A stretch of 64,000 bases of DNA from Octopus sinensis (lineage: Eukaryota): the NCBI RefSeq assembly GCF_006345805.1, contig NC_043004.1, positions 45,942,001 through 46,006,000 on the forward strand, read 5' to 3'. Shown one piece after another: positions 38,381-52,233 of the stretch (position 1 is its first letter; each line of letters begins with the position of its first letter). Position numbers and translations under genes: made by a program. The notes under the pieces were generated by a model that was not told the DNA's origin, did no database searches, and was given only the letters and a program-made list of their open reading frames with translations.

Positions 38381-38412
38381 AACAACTACTACTACTACTA
38401 CTTCTACTACTA

Positions 38413-38501
<89 letters not shown>

Positions 38502-38516
38502 GCCGCTGCTGCTGCT
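38310..38516 (+). repeat. (TAC)n/(TGC)n trinucleotide array
   Basis: Direct reading; it explains the poly-Y, poly-L and poly-V ORFs. Confidence 0.95.
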
Positions 38517-38656
38517 AAAATCAAGCTATGAATTTATGAGATAGGATCATCTATGCAATCTCAGAACTTGATACATTTACAGTAGAATTTCTTTGAAATC
38601 TTATTCAAGATGTTTTAAGACAGGTAACATTGTAGTCATAGATACACTATCTCTAA

Positions 38657-38693
<37 letters not shown>

Positions 38694-39282
38694 GTGGCGG
38701 GAGACAGTGGAAGAGAGAGAGAGAGGAAAACAGGGAGGGGAAGAAAGAGGGATAGAGAGAGGGAAAGATGGAAAGAGAGTACGTGTGTCTGAGTGAAAGA
38801 GGGAGAGAGAATAGAGAGAAAATGAACTGTGTCACAGTCAGTAATGTCTTCATCAAGATCCTACAAAATCAAAGATGAACTGGGGAGAAACTACAGCTGC
38901 GTAACACGAAGTGTTGCAATGGACTTATTATTAATTTAAGAAGTAGTGTGCTATCTCTTACCTAAGAGAATAAATAGCACAATGCAACAAGTTATACGCT
39001 TTCACTAATCTGATATAATTTACAACAGAATGTAATATTATCATTTACAAAATCACAACAGTTAATTATAATGTGAGAAAGAAAAAGTCTGTATGTGTTT
39101 CTGAACACGTAATCATGATATGACGACGTGGAATTAGATTTTAACAAGTAACAAGGTGGGTAAATTAACTGTGAAATGTAATTAACATTGAAGTTATCTG
39201 AAACTAAATCAGACCTTGTTGCTATCGTTTCGGCCCAATTCCACTCCTATTGAGCAAATCTAGGATGTAATGATGAATGTTT

Positions 39283-39748
39283 GAAGGATCACCTCTGTCT
39301 ACGTCTTCGATCACCTCTGTCTACGCCGCATCCTTCATGTCCGATGGCATCACTTTGTCTCCAACAATTCGGTGCGACACCAGTGCAAAATCACCTCCTT
39401 CCGACAAGTCATCCTAACGAGACGCCTGCGTTGGCTTGGTCATGCCCTCCGTCGTCAATCAAGAGAATTCTTCTACGAAGCAATTGCCCCGGTTCCCTTT
39501 CAGGGTTAGCGAAAGCGATGTGGTGGAAAACGAAAACCTGGCTGATGACAGTCAAGGCTTATCTGGAACACAACCTGGGCCCCTATGTCTACGGCGTTCG
39601 CCGCTGGAATAGGGAGTGGCTGGAGATCACGCGGTCGTTAGCCTCAAATCGCCAGGCCTGGTCGGCGTTTGTGAGAGATGCAGCATTGAGGATGAATGAA
39701 GCCACCTCAACCCACTCCGGGTGAATGCTGACTCAAGACAAGAAGAAG
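39283..39748 (+). mobile_element. RTE-clade LINE 3' end, low decay
   Basis: VFDHLCLRRILHVRWHHFVSN...RRLRWLGHALRR, then KTWLMTVKAYLE...ASNRQAWSAFVRDA...*; short 3' UTR and (gaa)n tail. Confidence 0.85.
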
Positions 39749-40032
39749 AATCTATGAGGTAAGGATTTCCAACCATGGCAACTTCGACCTTGATTTATTC
39801 ATTGTGTGTGCAGAACTACACTACCCAATGTGTTCTTCTTTCAAGACTGGTGCGGTGGGGATGTCATTTTGCTAAAGGGAAGATAGAACCTATACTCCTT
39901 TACAGGGAATGTAAGGCTGGTGGAAGAGAAGAATGTTTCTTATAATCGAATTGGCTATAATGTTTCTTAAAAGAGCGTATTTAACCGTCAGCTAAGAGCA
40001 GTGGTATTAATTTAAGTGACGAATTAAACTTA

Positions 40033-40385
40033 CGTGGCATCTTGGGCAAGTGTCTTCTGCTATAGCCCCGGGCCGACCAATGCCTTGTGAGTGGATTTGG
40101 TAGACGGAAACTGAAAGAAGCCTGTCGTATATATGTATATATATATAAGTGTGTGTATATATGTTTGTGTGTCTGTGTTTGTCCCCGTAGCATTGCTTGA
40201 CAACTGATGCTGGTGTGTTTACGTCCCCGTCACTTAGCGGTTCGGCAAAAAAAGAGACCGATAGAATAAGTACTGGGCTTACAAAAAATAAGTCCCGGGG
40301 TCGATTTGCTCGACTAAAGGCGGTGCTCCAGCATAGCCGCAGTTAAATGACTGAAACAAGTAAAAGAGTAAAAGAGTAAAAGAGT
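40033..40385 (+). mobile_element. SINE family A, 5'-truncated, young
   Basis: Ends in (aaaagagt)3. Confidence 0.9.
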
Positions 40386-41844
40386 TACTATCCAAGATTA
40401 CCAAGACAGAATGCAAAAAGCTGGAAGAAATATCGCAGGTCGTCCCATATGATGCATGAGTGTTGGATCTCAGGAGAGACATTCATAATCTGCGTCAATC
40501 CAAAAATTTAGAAGTTAACAACTTATTTTTACTGAAGACATTAACTTCCATATTTCGTCGAGCAATACTGAGGACATTAAAAATTCCATCGATTTTCAAA
40601 TATCTAATCAGCGTGATCACACTTTATTATTCGGAGAGCACGTGCTATGCCAAGCACAACTGCATAGAACAAATGATACTATTCCCTTCTCCACTCCCAC
40701 CACACACTTGCATGGCAAATGCCGTGAGGAAATTGATGAAAGTTTAAACTCCAATTTCTCCTTCTCTTCAGATCAGCAGAGATAATCAGGAATTCATGTG
40801 TGATGCTGATTATGAATAGTCAATGAGATAACACGTAACTTTAACGTTTGATTTTACTCATTTCAACTGACTTGAAATAAATAAGTAAATCGTTTATTAT
40901 CATATTTTTCCTGCTATGACTTTCTTCCATATAACTGAAAGAATTTAACGATTCAAATAACAGTAAGGAGAAAAAAAAATTATCACACTTTCGGATGAGA
41001 AGACTTTCCATCCATATTTGCTTTTGCATTTCTTCAGACGGATACAAAACTTTGAATGTAAATTAACCACATTAACTCCACGTAGATATTATAATTCTCT
41101 TGTCTTCAAGAATTTCTAAATATCATTCTCAGTTACGTATCGTTTCAAATTAACTGAATTATCAGAAATAACCACCAACCATTTAATTTCTCCTCTGTTG
41201 CACCTGTCATTTCGTTTTAAATCACTACCTTGCCATTGGGTGTCTTTTGCGATCTCTGGCTTCTTGTTTCTCTGTCACAGATCACTTAAACACATCCTTT
41301 CATAGGTCACAGAAAAACAGCTTAAGATGTTCTTTTCTTGTAGCAAATGCAGAGAAAAATGTATATACATCATATCTTAGGGTACTTGTGCATAACACAA
41401 CTGCTCATTATTTGTATCATAATACTGGGATCGATGCAATGTACGCGGCAGATCAAGGATGATGGGAATAGCGACAATTCTGGATCGTAATTAATATGTA
41501 GCACACTGTAGTCACTTGATGAATTCTGCGATACTGTCCCTAACGACTCCCGAAATCTACCTACAGACTTCTCTTAGTCCGGAACTATCTAGCCGAAAGT
41601 TGAGAAGTAAAGGTCAGTGGACTTGGATGGCAAAGAAGGCCTGGCTACTACAACTATGGTATTAAAGGATAGTTAATGGCTCTCTGACCGAAAAATCACG
41701 ACAGGAATAGCTAATAGAGTACTGGTTTAAGTACACTACCGGTTGAAACACTGAGAATTATCCAAAATGTCATCGTGCAGTAGAGAAAACTAACTACAAA
41801 GTAGAACGAGTAGTGCTGAATTAATTTCCTGTGGGGAATCTCTC

Positions 41845-42123
41845 TCTCTCACTGACTCACTGACTCACTGACTCACTGGCTCACTGACTCACTGACTCAC
41901 TGACTGACTTACTCACTCACTCACTCACTCACAGACTCACTGACTCACTCACTCGCTGACTCACTCACTTACTGACTCCCTCACTGACTGACTGACTGAC
42001 TGACTCACTCACTCACTCACTCAATAACTAACTCTCTCTCCCTTTATCTATCTATCTATCTATCTATCAATCTATCTATGTATCTATCTATGTATCTATC
42101 TATCTATCTATCTATCTATCTAC

Positions 42124-42172
<49 letters not shown>
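41845..42172 (+). repeat. (TCAC/TGAC)n followed by (TATC)n
   Basis: Direct reading. Confidence 0.9.
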
Positions 42173-42173
<1 letters not shown>

Positions 42174-43396
42174 GTTTGCACACACACATATAGACATATA
42201 GCTTAATTACTAGTTACTATCTAGAAAATTAATTAAGTCCTTAATTTACTGATATATTGTTGCAAATAACAATATAAAAGCCTTCATCTACAATCAAACA
42301 AATATAAGACGTTAAAATGTCTTCACAAAAAGGAAGCAATATTGGAAACAACCAGCAGAAAGGCCGCCCTCTGGGCGGTTGTCTGATAGCAACTTCATAA
42401 TATTTCTTTTATACTTTATATCTAATTATTTCTTTGCATAATGGTGCTCACTTGCGTAGTAAATATTGCTTTCCTTATTTTATCACAGTCATAATCTATC
42501 TTTTTTAAACAAATATCATGGTAGTCCAACAACAGAGGAAGAGGCAGTTTGTGAAGTTTTACTTTCCCCTCAAGGCAACATAGAGATTTCAATTAAGCAG
42601 CCCATCTGTAAGCTATACAGTGTGTGTGAGAAAGAAAGAGAACACTACTAACAATGAATGAAATAAACATGAAATGAAAAATCGTATAAATAATAGGGGA
42701 TTATTTAAGAAGTATGCGCTCCCGAATTTGTTGCCTCATAGCATCCAGAAAAATGTATACTTTTTAACAAAGTTTTCTACAAATACCGCTTGTTGTGGTT
42801 TCAAGGTATATAGGAATTTAGGAGAGAAAAACTTTTGGGGGGAGATGAAGAGATGAGTTTCAAAAAATTCACACAATCTGACTTTTTTTCCCCTTATGAC
42901 GTTTAGGAAGACGGGTATCTTATGATGAAAATTTATGCAAATCCCTTTCAAACGGCATAAATTACGATTATAAAGAAATTTGTGCGGGAAAAATTTTTTC
43001 GAAGATTTTCACCATTTTCTTAAACCACAACATTTGAAATAATTAGGTTGGGGGATCTTTGTATGAAAAAAATTTGAAAACTCTTTTTTCACGACCCGTC
43101 TCGCATCATCCCACGTTGAAAATTTATACGGGTATTTTTTAAAATTTTTATTCAATAAATCATGTTTTTACATTGCGTATGCATTAATAGCGAATTATAA
43201 CTTAAAAGATTAAGTGAGAAAATTTGCAAATGAATTTGCACAGTGAATGCAATGAATGTTTAAGTTTGTGAAGAATTGTACGCAGTGAATATTTAGATTT
43301 GCGAGAAAGTGGAATAAAACAAAATCAATAAACCCGAGAAATCGAAATTATAGGTAATTTCTTAGAACATGAGTTTATAAAAGTATTGCCCGAAGA

Positions 43397-43678
43397 TCAA
43401 CCCTTTAATAATTGCTTCCTTTTAGTACTTTTAGTAGTTGTTACATACCTAATTAATAAACAACTTTCCATTATAGTATAGACGCAACAATACATGGTTC
43501 CATAAAATGAGAGAACCTTCAACCTATAGGACTGCAAATTATTAAGCAATAATATGCTGAAAAACTCCTTCAAAAAGAAATGAATAAGCAATAATATACA
43601 CATCACAAAAACAAGAGTAATCTGAATAGACAGAGACATTTTGTCGTGTGCTACTCTTTCAGAAATTATGTTTTCCAC
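43397..43678 (-). CDS. Hydrophobic ORF, candidate membrane-protein exon (unverified)
   Basis: 93 codons outside simple repeats, with two hydrophobic segments (SLSIQITLVFVMCILLLIHFFL; VLSFYGTMYCCVYTIMESCLLI). Splice sites unclear. Confidence 0.2.
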   Translation of the reverse strand: MENIISERVAHDKMSLSIQITLVFVMCILLLIHFFLKEFFSILLLNNLQSYRLKVLSFYGTMYCCVYTIMESCLLIRYVTTTKSTKRKQLLKG

Positions 43679-44437
43679 AGCAACCAGAATTAGTTAAACG
43701 ATCGTTCTCCGCATTGGAAAAGATAAAAAGAATGAAGCGTCGGGTGGAAATTACACAATTTTACTTGTGATAGAGCAGAATCCACAGCACTTAAGTAACA
43801 CACCCTTCCAAATAAACAAAGACAATTTGTTAAATTTATATAATCTGCAAGGAATACAAAATAATGCTATCAAATATTATGAAAATAACTGGAGTCTAAT
43901 GAAGCGTTGTGATCTGTAGAAAATTGAGAGATATTTAATATCAATATTGTAATAAGAACGAAACTTAATTTTGCTGTTAAATAGTTAAATAAAATTAAGA
44001 AGAATAGTAAACTAGGGTTTATAGAACAACAAACCAACAACTAACGAACAACAAACCAATTAAATTGCAACTTAAAGCAAATTCACAAATAACCATACCA
44101 TCTAGGAATCGCATGTGTAGCATTCAACCGAGGGACTAGAGCAAGAAAACTACGTAACCTATACAAAAATACAAACATCTTCAAACCTAAAATTCATTAC
44201 AACATATGAAATGAACTGGTGAAACAAACAGTTAATTAGTGATTAATATACGAAATGGAATATCAGGAATAAACTGACAAGAACAATTGCATTCTAAACC
44301 TATGACCTAGTGACTCCTAAAGTGGATTAAGAATAATTAATTTCTACTCATCAGTAGCATGAAGTAATCGTTCGGATGAATGTAAAATTTCCTATATTAC
44401 AAATGAACATATAAGCAAACATTAACAAATGCATATA

Positions 44438-45310
44438 CAGTGAGCGATGGCTAAATTGTCGCCATTGTATATTTGTAATTTTGTGCATGCACGATGTTTG
44501 GTTTTGATTTTGTTGACAACACAGTATAGAGGGTCAGTTGGGCACCATCTATAAGAAAAACAGCACCATGACGTAATTCACTCTGCCAGAAATTTGGAAA
44601 CGGCATGCTGTACTGCTTGGCTTTCGCGCCAGAAGTTCCAATACGAACATTTCAGAGTGTTTGGGTGCCAATCTGAGAACAGTGCAATCTCAGGACATGT
44701 ACTAAAAGTGATAAAAATCAAACATTATGTAGTTTGGAGTGATCACTAGTAATGGCGACCTTATGCGCCCATTTATTTTCCCACATGATCCCAGACTCAA
44801 CATGCAGGTCTACATAAAGTGCCTGAAGGAGGTAGTGCTGCCCTGGGTGAAAAGGTTGGCTGATGGAAGACACTATGTGTGCCAAGAGGACTCTGCACCA
44901 TGCCACACTAGTAGGAGAACGAATCATGGCCATCAAACAATTTCTGCGACCCCCCCCCCAATATCTAACAACCTAATTCCCCAGATTGCAACTCCTTTGA
45001 TTATCATATGCGGGGCGCAGTCGAGCGAGAGACCAACAAAACACCTTGTAACACCAAGGATGAACTAAAGGCAATGATTATGACCGCATTCACCAACATA
45101 TACAAGGAGACCGTCCAAAACAGTTGCAGGAGAGTCCGAAATCGCCCGGAGGCCGTGGTTGATGCCAATGACGATTTTATTGAATAAATTTACTCTTTAG
45201 TATTTAAAGATATTTGAATGTAATTTTGGTAAATATATTTGTTAAAACGAGATGTCAGTGTTCTTTTCATTTTGGCCTAATTTGGACGGCAGTTTATTCA
45301 CCGCACCCTA
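44438..45310 (+). mobile_element. maT/DD37D-like transposon, internally deleted, both TIR remnants present
   Basis: TA-cagtgagcgatggctaaattgtcgcc ... gacggcagtttattcaccgcaccc-ta. Encodes VITSNGDLMRPFIFPH..LNMQVYIKCLKEVVLPWVKRLADGRHYVCQEDSAPCHTS and NSPDCN. Confidence 0.85.
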
Positions 45311-45316
45311 TTTATA

Positions 45317-45695
45317 AGGCGGCGAGATGGCAGAATCGTTAGCACGTGGGGCAAATTTTTTAACGGCATTTCGTCCGTCTTTCCGCTCTGAATTAAACTT
45401 CCACGGAAGTTGACTCTAACTTTCATCCTTATAGAGTCGATAAAATAGGCATTAGTTGAACGCTTGAGTCGATCGATGTAACTGGTTCAACCGCTAACCA
45501 AAAGATGCTGGCCTTGTACCAAAATGTGAATTCAATACCTGCATATATATCAGGTGATGAGCTGGCAGAATAATTACCATGCGGCGCAAAATATTTAGCA
45601 GCATTTACGTTCTGAGTTCAAATCCCTCCAAGGTTGACTTCGCCTCTCATCCTACCAGGCCGATAAAATAATCAGCGGTTGAAGACTGGGATCAA
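45317..45695 (+). mobile_element. Two diverged SINE family B copies (45317-45535, 45552-45695)
   Basis: ggcggcgagatggcagaatcgttagcac and gatgagctggcagaat heads. Confidence 0.75.
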
Positions 45696-45957
45696 CACAT
45701 TTTGAAATCAATATATGAGCATATATATAAATGTGTGTGTGTTTGTGTATGTGTGTATATGTATGCGTGTCCACGCGTTAGGGCGTGTGTTTATAATTAC
45801 ATTTGATTGAACTAAATGCCTGCATCCGATGGGTTTAGTTGGACTGACGCCCTATAACCACTTTAATTTCCCTCTTTCTGACACACTTGTATGCAGATTA
45901 GTTATCATAATTACACTGATGCTAAAAGACTCATTGGTGACAAGAACACACACAGAA

Positions 45958-46001
<44 letters not shown>

Positions 46002-46376
46002 TATATATATATACATACATACCTATGTGTGTGTGTGTGTGTACAGTAATAATAGAAATATCTTCAGTACAATATTTTTTAATATTGACCAATGTTTAGG
46101 AACATAAAAAAAATAATAATTAAAAGAAGTGAGAAAATAACAGTGATAATCAGCTACATAAATAAATTATGAGGTATGAGATCAATACGTATTGTCGAAT
46201 GGTCCAGTGATTTGTTAGAAGACCGTTCTAGAATTTTATTGACAAAAGATCAAACGGACTCTATTTCCGGCAAACATTAATTAATCTTTTCACACATCTC
46301 GGGAGGACATTGAAACCTGTATTTTCTATATACCGACAAGGCAGCATATCTAAACCGACAATACACATATAGAACG

Positions 46377-46422
<46 letters not shown>

Positions 46423-46482
46423 AGAGAAAGAGACAGAGAGAATGAGAGAGAAAAAGAGAAACATATACGGGTATATAATGTG

Positions 46483-46519
<37 letters not shown>

Positions 46520-46710
46520 ATGTGTGTGTATGCATATGTGTGTGTGTGTGTATTTATATATGCATACATTCATGTAACTGCGGAAGCAAATGGCAAAGAA
46601 CTATGTATAAGTTTACGCGAACATCGGGACGAAAGTCTGGTATATTTAACCACTGTTGGAATATTACATAACACACACAGCGCAGGCGCACTACAAACAC
46701 GTATGTTTGC

Positions 46711-46850
46711 ACAGTAATGCCTCGATATACGAGTGAGTTTATTATCGGAGACAGCTCGTAAAGCGAAGATTCGTGAAGCTGAACAATAATTTCCCATGGT
46801 AGCAATTTTATAAACCGCAAGTCGTTCCTAGAAAAATATCTGACCTATAA
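46711..46850 (+). mobile_element. Tigger/pogo-like MITE end
   Basis: cagtaatgcctcgatatacgagt...gctcgtaaagcgaa...aatttcccat resembles pogo-type TIR and subterminal sequence. Confidence 0.5.
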
Positions 46851-48639
46851 AATGTATAGTTCTCGTAAATGAATGACAATTAAACAACAGTAGAGTGTGA
46901 AGAATATTTTATGTAAAGTAAAATGCATGTCAAGATCATTTAAAATAAAAACTAAAAAATATATCTGAAATACATATATATACATACCTATATACATACT
47001 TGAAAATTTGCACAAAAATTAAGAAGTACTAAATTTTTGGAAGAAAGAGCAAAAGAAACTGGCCGATGTCTCCAAATACAATATATTAGCGACACAGTGA
47101 AGATTTGTAAGACATTCCAAAGATTCTCTATTTTAGATTCTTTAGGTGAGTGGGCGCACATTCTTGGGTGAGTGCATCGACAGCTCAATCATATATTTAA
47201 CAAACACTGGGAACTCTCTTAACTCAAGGATCTTGTCACTTTACTATTGACCGTCTTGAGCTTATAAAAAGTCAAAGAAAATGCCAACATACATCGGTAA
47301 ATACATAGATACATACGTACATACACACGAGCGCACATATATACATTCATACATTTATATAACTGCTTCTATAGATATATGCATACATATATTTTTTAAT
47401 AATATATTATTATTATTAATATAAGAAAATCAATATCGAAACTCATCATAAAGATATACCCGTGTGAAAGAAATTATTGGATTAAAAATATATGTAAATA
47501 AATAAATATATAAATATAAATATAATGTATAAAATAAATTTGATAATTTAAAAATTTTGAATTAATTATTTAAGCATCTTACGATCGTTTCGCAGAAGCG
47601 TTGTCCCTATAATGAAATCCTATATTGATAAGCATTTATAGACAACCTTTCTGCTCTTCAGAGATATAAAATATGAATATTGTATAATATATCGAATATT
47701 TCTTTTTAAATTTGAAGTAAAATTGTAAAATAGTGTTTGTTTGAAATGTAAAATAAAAATTAAAAATTACTACATTGTAATGGATGGAGGTCCATATCTG
47801 GACGTATGTGTATTTATGTGTATGTGTGTGTTTGTATGTGTGTGTGAGTACCTGTGTGTATTGTGCGCGCGCGCGTGTGTGTGTAAAAAGAAGACAAACG
47901 TAATTAGTGTGTATTTAAATGGAATACAAATAAAGAAAAGGATTCCGTAATAACCACAAAATAACAGTTCTAAAACCTAAGAGAACAACGCAATAGTTGT
48001 ACTAACAGGTAATTGATATATGCATACATCAGTATACATTGTGTGAATGTGTGTGTGTGTCCGTGTGTACGTACGCCGTAGTTTATAAAGGTTGATAAAA
48101 TAATACAAGATTACATGCAAAATAATTGTCGCTCACCAGCATGATCCTTCACCGAAAGTGAATAATAAAAACGGAAGTCTGCCATGATAAGAAAGAATAT
48201 TTAGTGATAAAACTAAAACTTTTCACCTGAGAATAGTAATTGCAGCAATTCAATAATTCTTTGTAGCCCATTAAATAGAATACAACTGACGAAATATTGT
48301 TTTGATTAAATGAAAAATAAAATTGAACTTGACGTCACAGGACATGCTGCGACATGTTGTTATATTGATTTCAAACTATTATTTAACAGTTTATAATGAG
48401 TTATCGATATGGTGAAGACCTGCTTAATTGTATGATGTATAACCAACGTCTGAGACGTATCCGCAAATCTTTACGGTGTTTTCTTCAAGGGATTGCCATC
48501 ACAAAAGATTTGAATGCAATTTATCGAGAGATTGTAATTCCTACCTAAGAACAAAAGAATAGTCTGAATGATGTTGTGTCGCTCATAGACACGCACATAT
48601 ACTAATACTGACATGCATATATATATATATATATATATA

Positions 48640-48680
<41 letters not shown>

Positions 48681-48844
48681 AGAGAGAGAGAGAGAGATAA
48701 AGTAAAAGAATGAGTGAATGTGTGAGTAAGTGAGAGAGAGAGAGAGATGCTTGCTACAAAGACAAGCAAAACAATTAAAAAAACGAAGGAAGTAATTAGA
48801 AGTTTAAGTAGTCTTTTAATGTATGCATTTCAATGTATGTAAAT

Positions 48845-49170
48845 ACGTACTTGAGTGCTGGGCAATGAGTCAAAGAGTACGATTGTGAATAGAAATGGCT
48901 GAAATAAGCTTCCTCCGAAGGGTTTCTGGAGTAACGTTACTCGATAGATTGCGTTGCTCGGAAAGAAAGTTCTCCCTCTACTTCGAGCGGCAACCTCCCA
49001 GTACTGAGAGGTCACAGTTCCTGAGTGACAGAGAAGTAATTAGAATGTCACAAGAAAGAGCTGCAAAAAAGATCCCCCAAGCGGATCCAAATAGCAGAAG
49101 ACATAGGAGACGAAGAACGAAACGGTTGGATAATATCCTTAATATTTAGTTGGTCACGCTTGGCTTGGGA
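48845..49170 (+). mobile_element. RTE-type LINE C-terminal fragment
   Basis: AEISFLRRVSGVTLLDRLR.SE...ERSQ...VIRMSQERAAKKI.QA.P..RR.R.R.TKRLDNI. Confidence 0.75.
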
Positions 49171-49985
49171 ATGCAGCCCTAACCCTAAACCTAACGAACG
49201 TTGATTTTGATATTACATTATAGGTACCTTATAACTATACTCCTCACGGCCATTCTAGGAAGAACAGACGAAGATGGCTGGAATGTAAGTAAATATATGA
49301 ATGAATGTATGTCATTGCATACTTATATGCCAGCCCTAGCTGAGTAAATAAATGATCAAAATATTTGCAACCTTGAATATACCGCTTTTTACTTAAAGGT
49401 AAAAGGCTTGTCTTTTATAGTCTGAGCACAGGGATCTAAAAATTCCTGACCAACACACAAACCTAAGCAAGTTACTTTTATATAGAAGATAAGCAGTTAG
49501 TGATGTATGGAAGTCTTTCCTCTTACATCGTGGTAAAAGAACTCAAAGACAACTTATCGCAAGTGTCATTGCAGGCATACCCTTCAAAGCGTCGAAGTTC
49601 TGAGTGCATATGCAGGTGTGAAGAGGGTCTTTGTACATGCCAGCAAGACTGACGTACAAAAATACCCAACAGTGTACCAGCATTACCAACATAGATACAA
49701 TAAAATTTTCTCATCCGGCTCTTTAACAATTCTTCTTTATCCATTACTTTGGACTGATACTTCATTATCGAGCACGAAATGATGAATGGCAATGCTCATC
49801 TGGACGGGTTTAAACTCAGAGCATAGAGAATTGAACTAAATACAATAATGGTCTTATATCTATTTCTATAAATTTGAGCACAAATGTGATCATCTGAAAC
49901 ATTTTCCAGATCAGACAAACAGAAACAGCTGTAGTGCAAGTTTTACGAGTTATGTAGGTGGTAGTAGCGATTCTTTCATTTTTTT

Positions 49986-50125
49986 ACTGCGTAGCTGTGT
50001 GGCCTCCCAACTACATGGTTGCTGGTCCAGTCGTACTGCGTGACATCTTGGACAAGTTGTTTCTAACATAACCCTGGACCTTGTAAGTGGATTGGTAGAC
50101 GGGAACAGAAAGAAGCCTGTCGTTT
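49986..50125 (+). mobile_element. SINE family A head, degenerate
   Basis: catcttggacaagt...gtggattggtagacgggaacagaaagaagcctgtcg. Confidence 0.65.
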
Positions 50126-50193
50126 CTATGAATCTATCTATCTATCTGTTTTGTCTGTCTATCTGTCTGTCTATTTGTTTGTCTGTCTGTCCG

Positions 50194-50236
<43 letters not shown>

Positions 50237-50573
50237 CATACATAAATTGAGACACACTCACGCACATATATTGCATGTTTTCAGCGGTTTTCCTTATAAG
50301 ACTAACAGAGGAGACAGTTGAGTTTAACCCTAAGTGTTAAGAGTCGCTGATGAGGATTAAGATGGTCTGCATAAAAGAACAAAATCGTCGATCCAACCAT
50401 ATACGCTGAGGACTTACTTCTGTTAGTCATTACGATAGAGGTTTGTGGCTTTTGAGTTGTTTTAACTCATCTTTCTAGCAATAGTGGTGATAGCTAGTAT
50501 TGGTTCTCACTTTTGTGACCTGTATTAATTTCGTCTTTAGGTTCAAACTACTTATAAGCCACCCATTTAATTG

Positions 50574-50669
<96 letters not shown>

Positions 50670-50672
50670 GTT

Positions 50673-51109
50673 GTTGTATGCTGTCAACTTAATGTGACAG
50701 TTCCATGAAGAGAATCACACCACTGCTATTTAGCCCTAGGAAGCAGCAAAGCTACTTGTCGATCTTGACACATTTTCTGTGTCCTTATATTTACAAGGAG
50801 GAGATAAGCATCCCCACCAAGTTAAGCCCTTCATAGGGCTTTCACATTGTAATGAGTGGATTTATTTCACTAGAATTCTTATATGATTACAAGGGATAGA
50901 TGAACATCTCCAACTAGCAGGCCATGCTACTCCAGACTGATGATGAGCAAAGTCTCAGAAACTAGTCTCTGGTTGCAGGCTTAGCTGGGTGGGGGTGCTT
51001 AGCCCCCTTGTAAACATAATGTGTCAAGGCCGACAGGAAGCGTTGATGCTTCTTAGCTGTGGTGTGATTCCCTTCAGTGGACTGTCACATTAAGTTGACA
51101 GTATACAAC
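50673..51109. mobile_element. 437-bp fold-back element with ~120-145 bp inverted arms enclosing an HHR
   Basis: Left arm gttgtatgctgtcaacttaatgtgacag...ataagcatccccacc (50673-50818) is inverted at 50988-51109 (...ctgtcacattaagttgacagtatacaac). Confidence 0.85.
50932..50972 (+). ncRNA. Type I hammerhead ribozyme (intact core)
   Basis: CCAGA-CUGAUGA-UGAG-caaagu-CUCA-GAAA-CUAGUC/UCUGG. Palindromic ACUAGU helix III and GUC cleavage triplet. Stem I can extend (gcc.ugc/gcaggc; ccaacuag/uuagcugg). Stem II closes with U-A rather than G-C. Confidence 0.8.
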
Positions 51110-51174
51110 TTCTCTATCGTACCACTACTGCTTATATCTCTCTGAGATATTTAGAAATGTAATATTTCTTTCTT

Positions 51175-51209
<35 letters not shown>

Positions 51210-51257
51210 ATCTATATCTCCGTCTCTCTCGCTCTCTCTCTCTCTCTATATATATAA

Positions 51258-51304
<47 letters not shown>

Positions 51305-51309
51305 TACAT

Positions 51310-51522
51310 GCGTGTGTGTATGTGTTTGTCTTTATGCTGCTTGCTAACTGCTGTTTGTCTATCCCTGTAACTTAGCAGTTTGGCAGATAGACTGATGGAA
51401 TATGTACTAGGCTTTAAAAAGTAATGGAGTACTGATTTCGTTTTCTTTGACTAAAAATTCAAGGCGGTGCCCCAGAATGGACGCTGCATTATACTGAACG
51501 CTTAAAAGAAATAAAAGAGAAA
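51310..51522 (+). mobile_element. SINE family A 3' half, old
   Basis: ctgtaacttagcagtttggca...aaggcggtgccccag. Confidence 0.6.
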
Positions 51523-52181
51523 AAGGTTGCAGTTCGAAGTCAATGCCTTTTAACTATGCCACCAATATTATTGGAAATCGTATGCAATTCCGAAATGTTC
51601 TTTTACAACAGTAACGTGACATATGCCGCTTAAATTACCAGAAAGGCTATGATTTTGCTCTATATTAAATATAATAGAAACTAAAATAACTTCAAGATGG
51701 CTGATGTTCAAATTTGCTACTGTAATGCTTCGTTTTTCATCGTTTCAAACTACATTTGTAGCCATCAATCCTTTTAACCAGCAATAGCAAACAAAGTAGG
51801 TTATAGGTATATGGTTAATTTAATTCAATGCAATTTCTTACTGAACTTAGCTTAGTAGCAAATTAGAATACAGAAATAATTAAATATATGCATAAATAAG
51901 TGGGCAAAGCAGTTTAAGTTTCGACATTCTAAGACTCCAAACCTGATTAGGCTACAAGATGCCTCCCATTAATCTATTTGTTAAATTGATGAGCTTCACG
52001 CAGCTGTACGTTACATACAACCTCCTAAGTCATACTCGCATGAATATCATACTTTATCATATGATATATAAATACATTGTACATATACAGAGACACACAC
52101 ATATGTGTGTGTGTATGCATGTGCGTGTCTAATGGAAATGATTCATGTGTATATACATATATACGTATACTTGTATGTATG

Positions 52182-52233
<52 letters not shown>

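Noticed and set aside
40460-40820. Two overlapping ~90-codon open frames and an acceptor followed by ISRDNQEFMCDADYE*
   Set aside because: No recognisable domain and no consistent exon model; compatible with chance.
46988-47188. Open frames on both strands with a gtgagt donor
   Set aside because: No acceptor support on +; the minus-strand IWRHR similarity to LINE C-termini is too weak.
49183-49200. ccctaaccctaaaccta telomere-like repeat
   Set aside because: Only about 2.5 imperfect units at a LINE fragment end.
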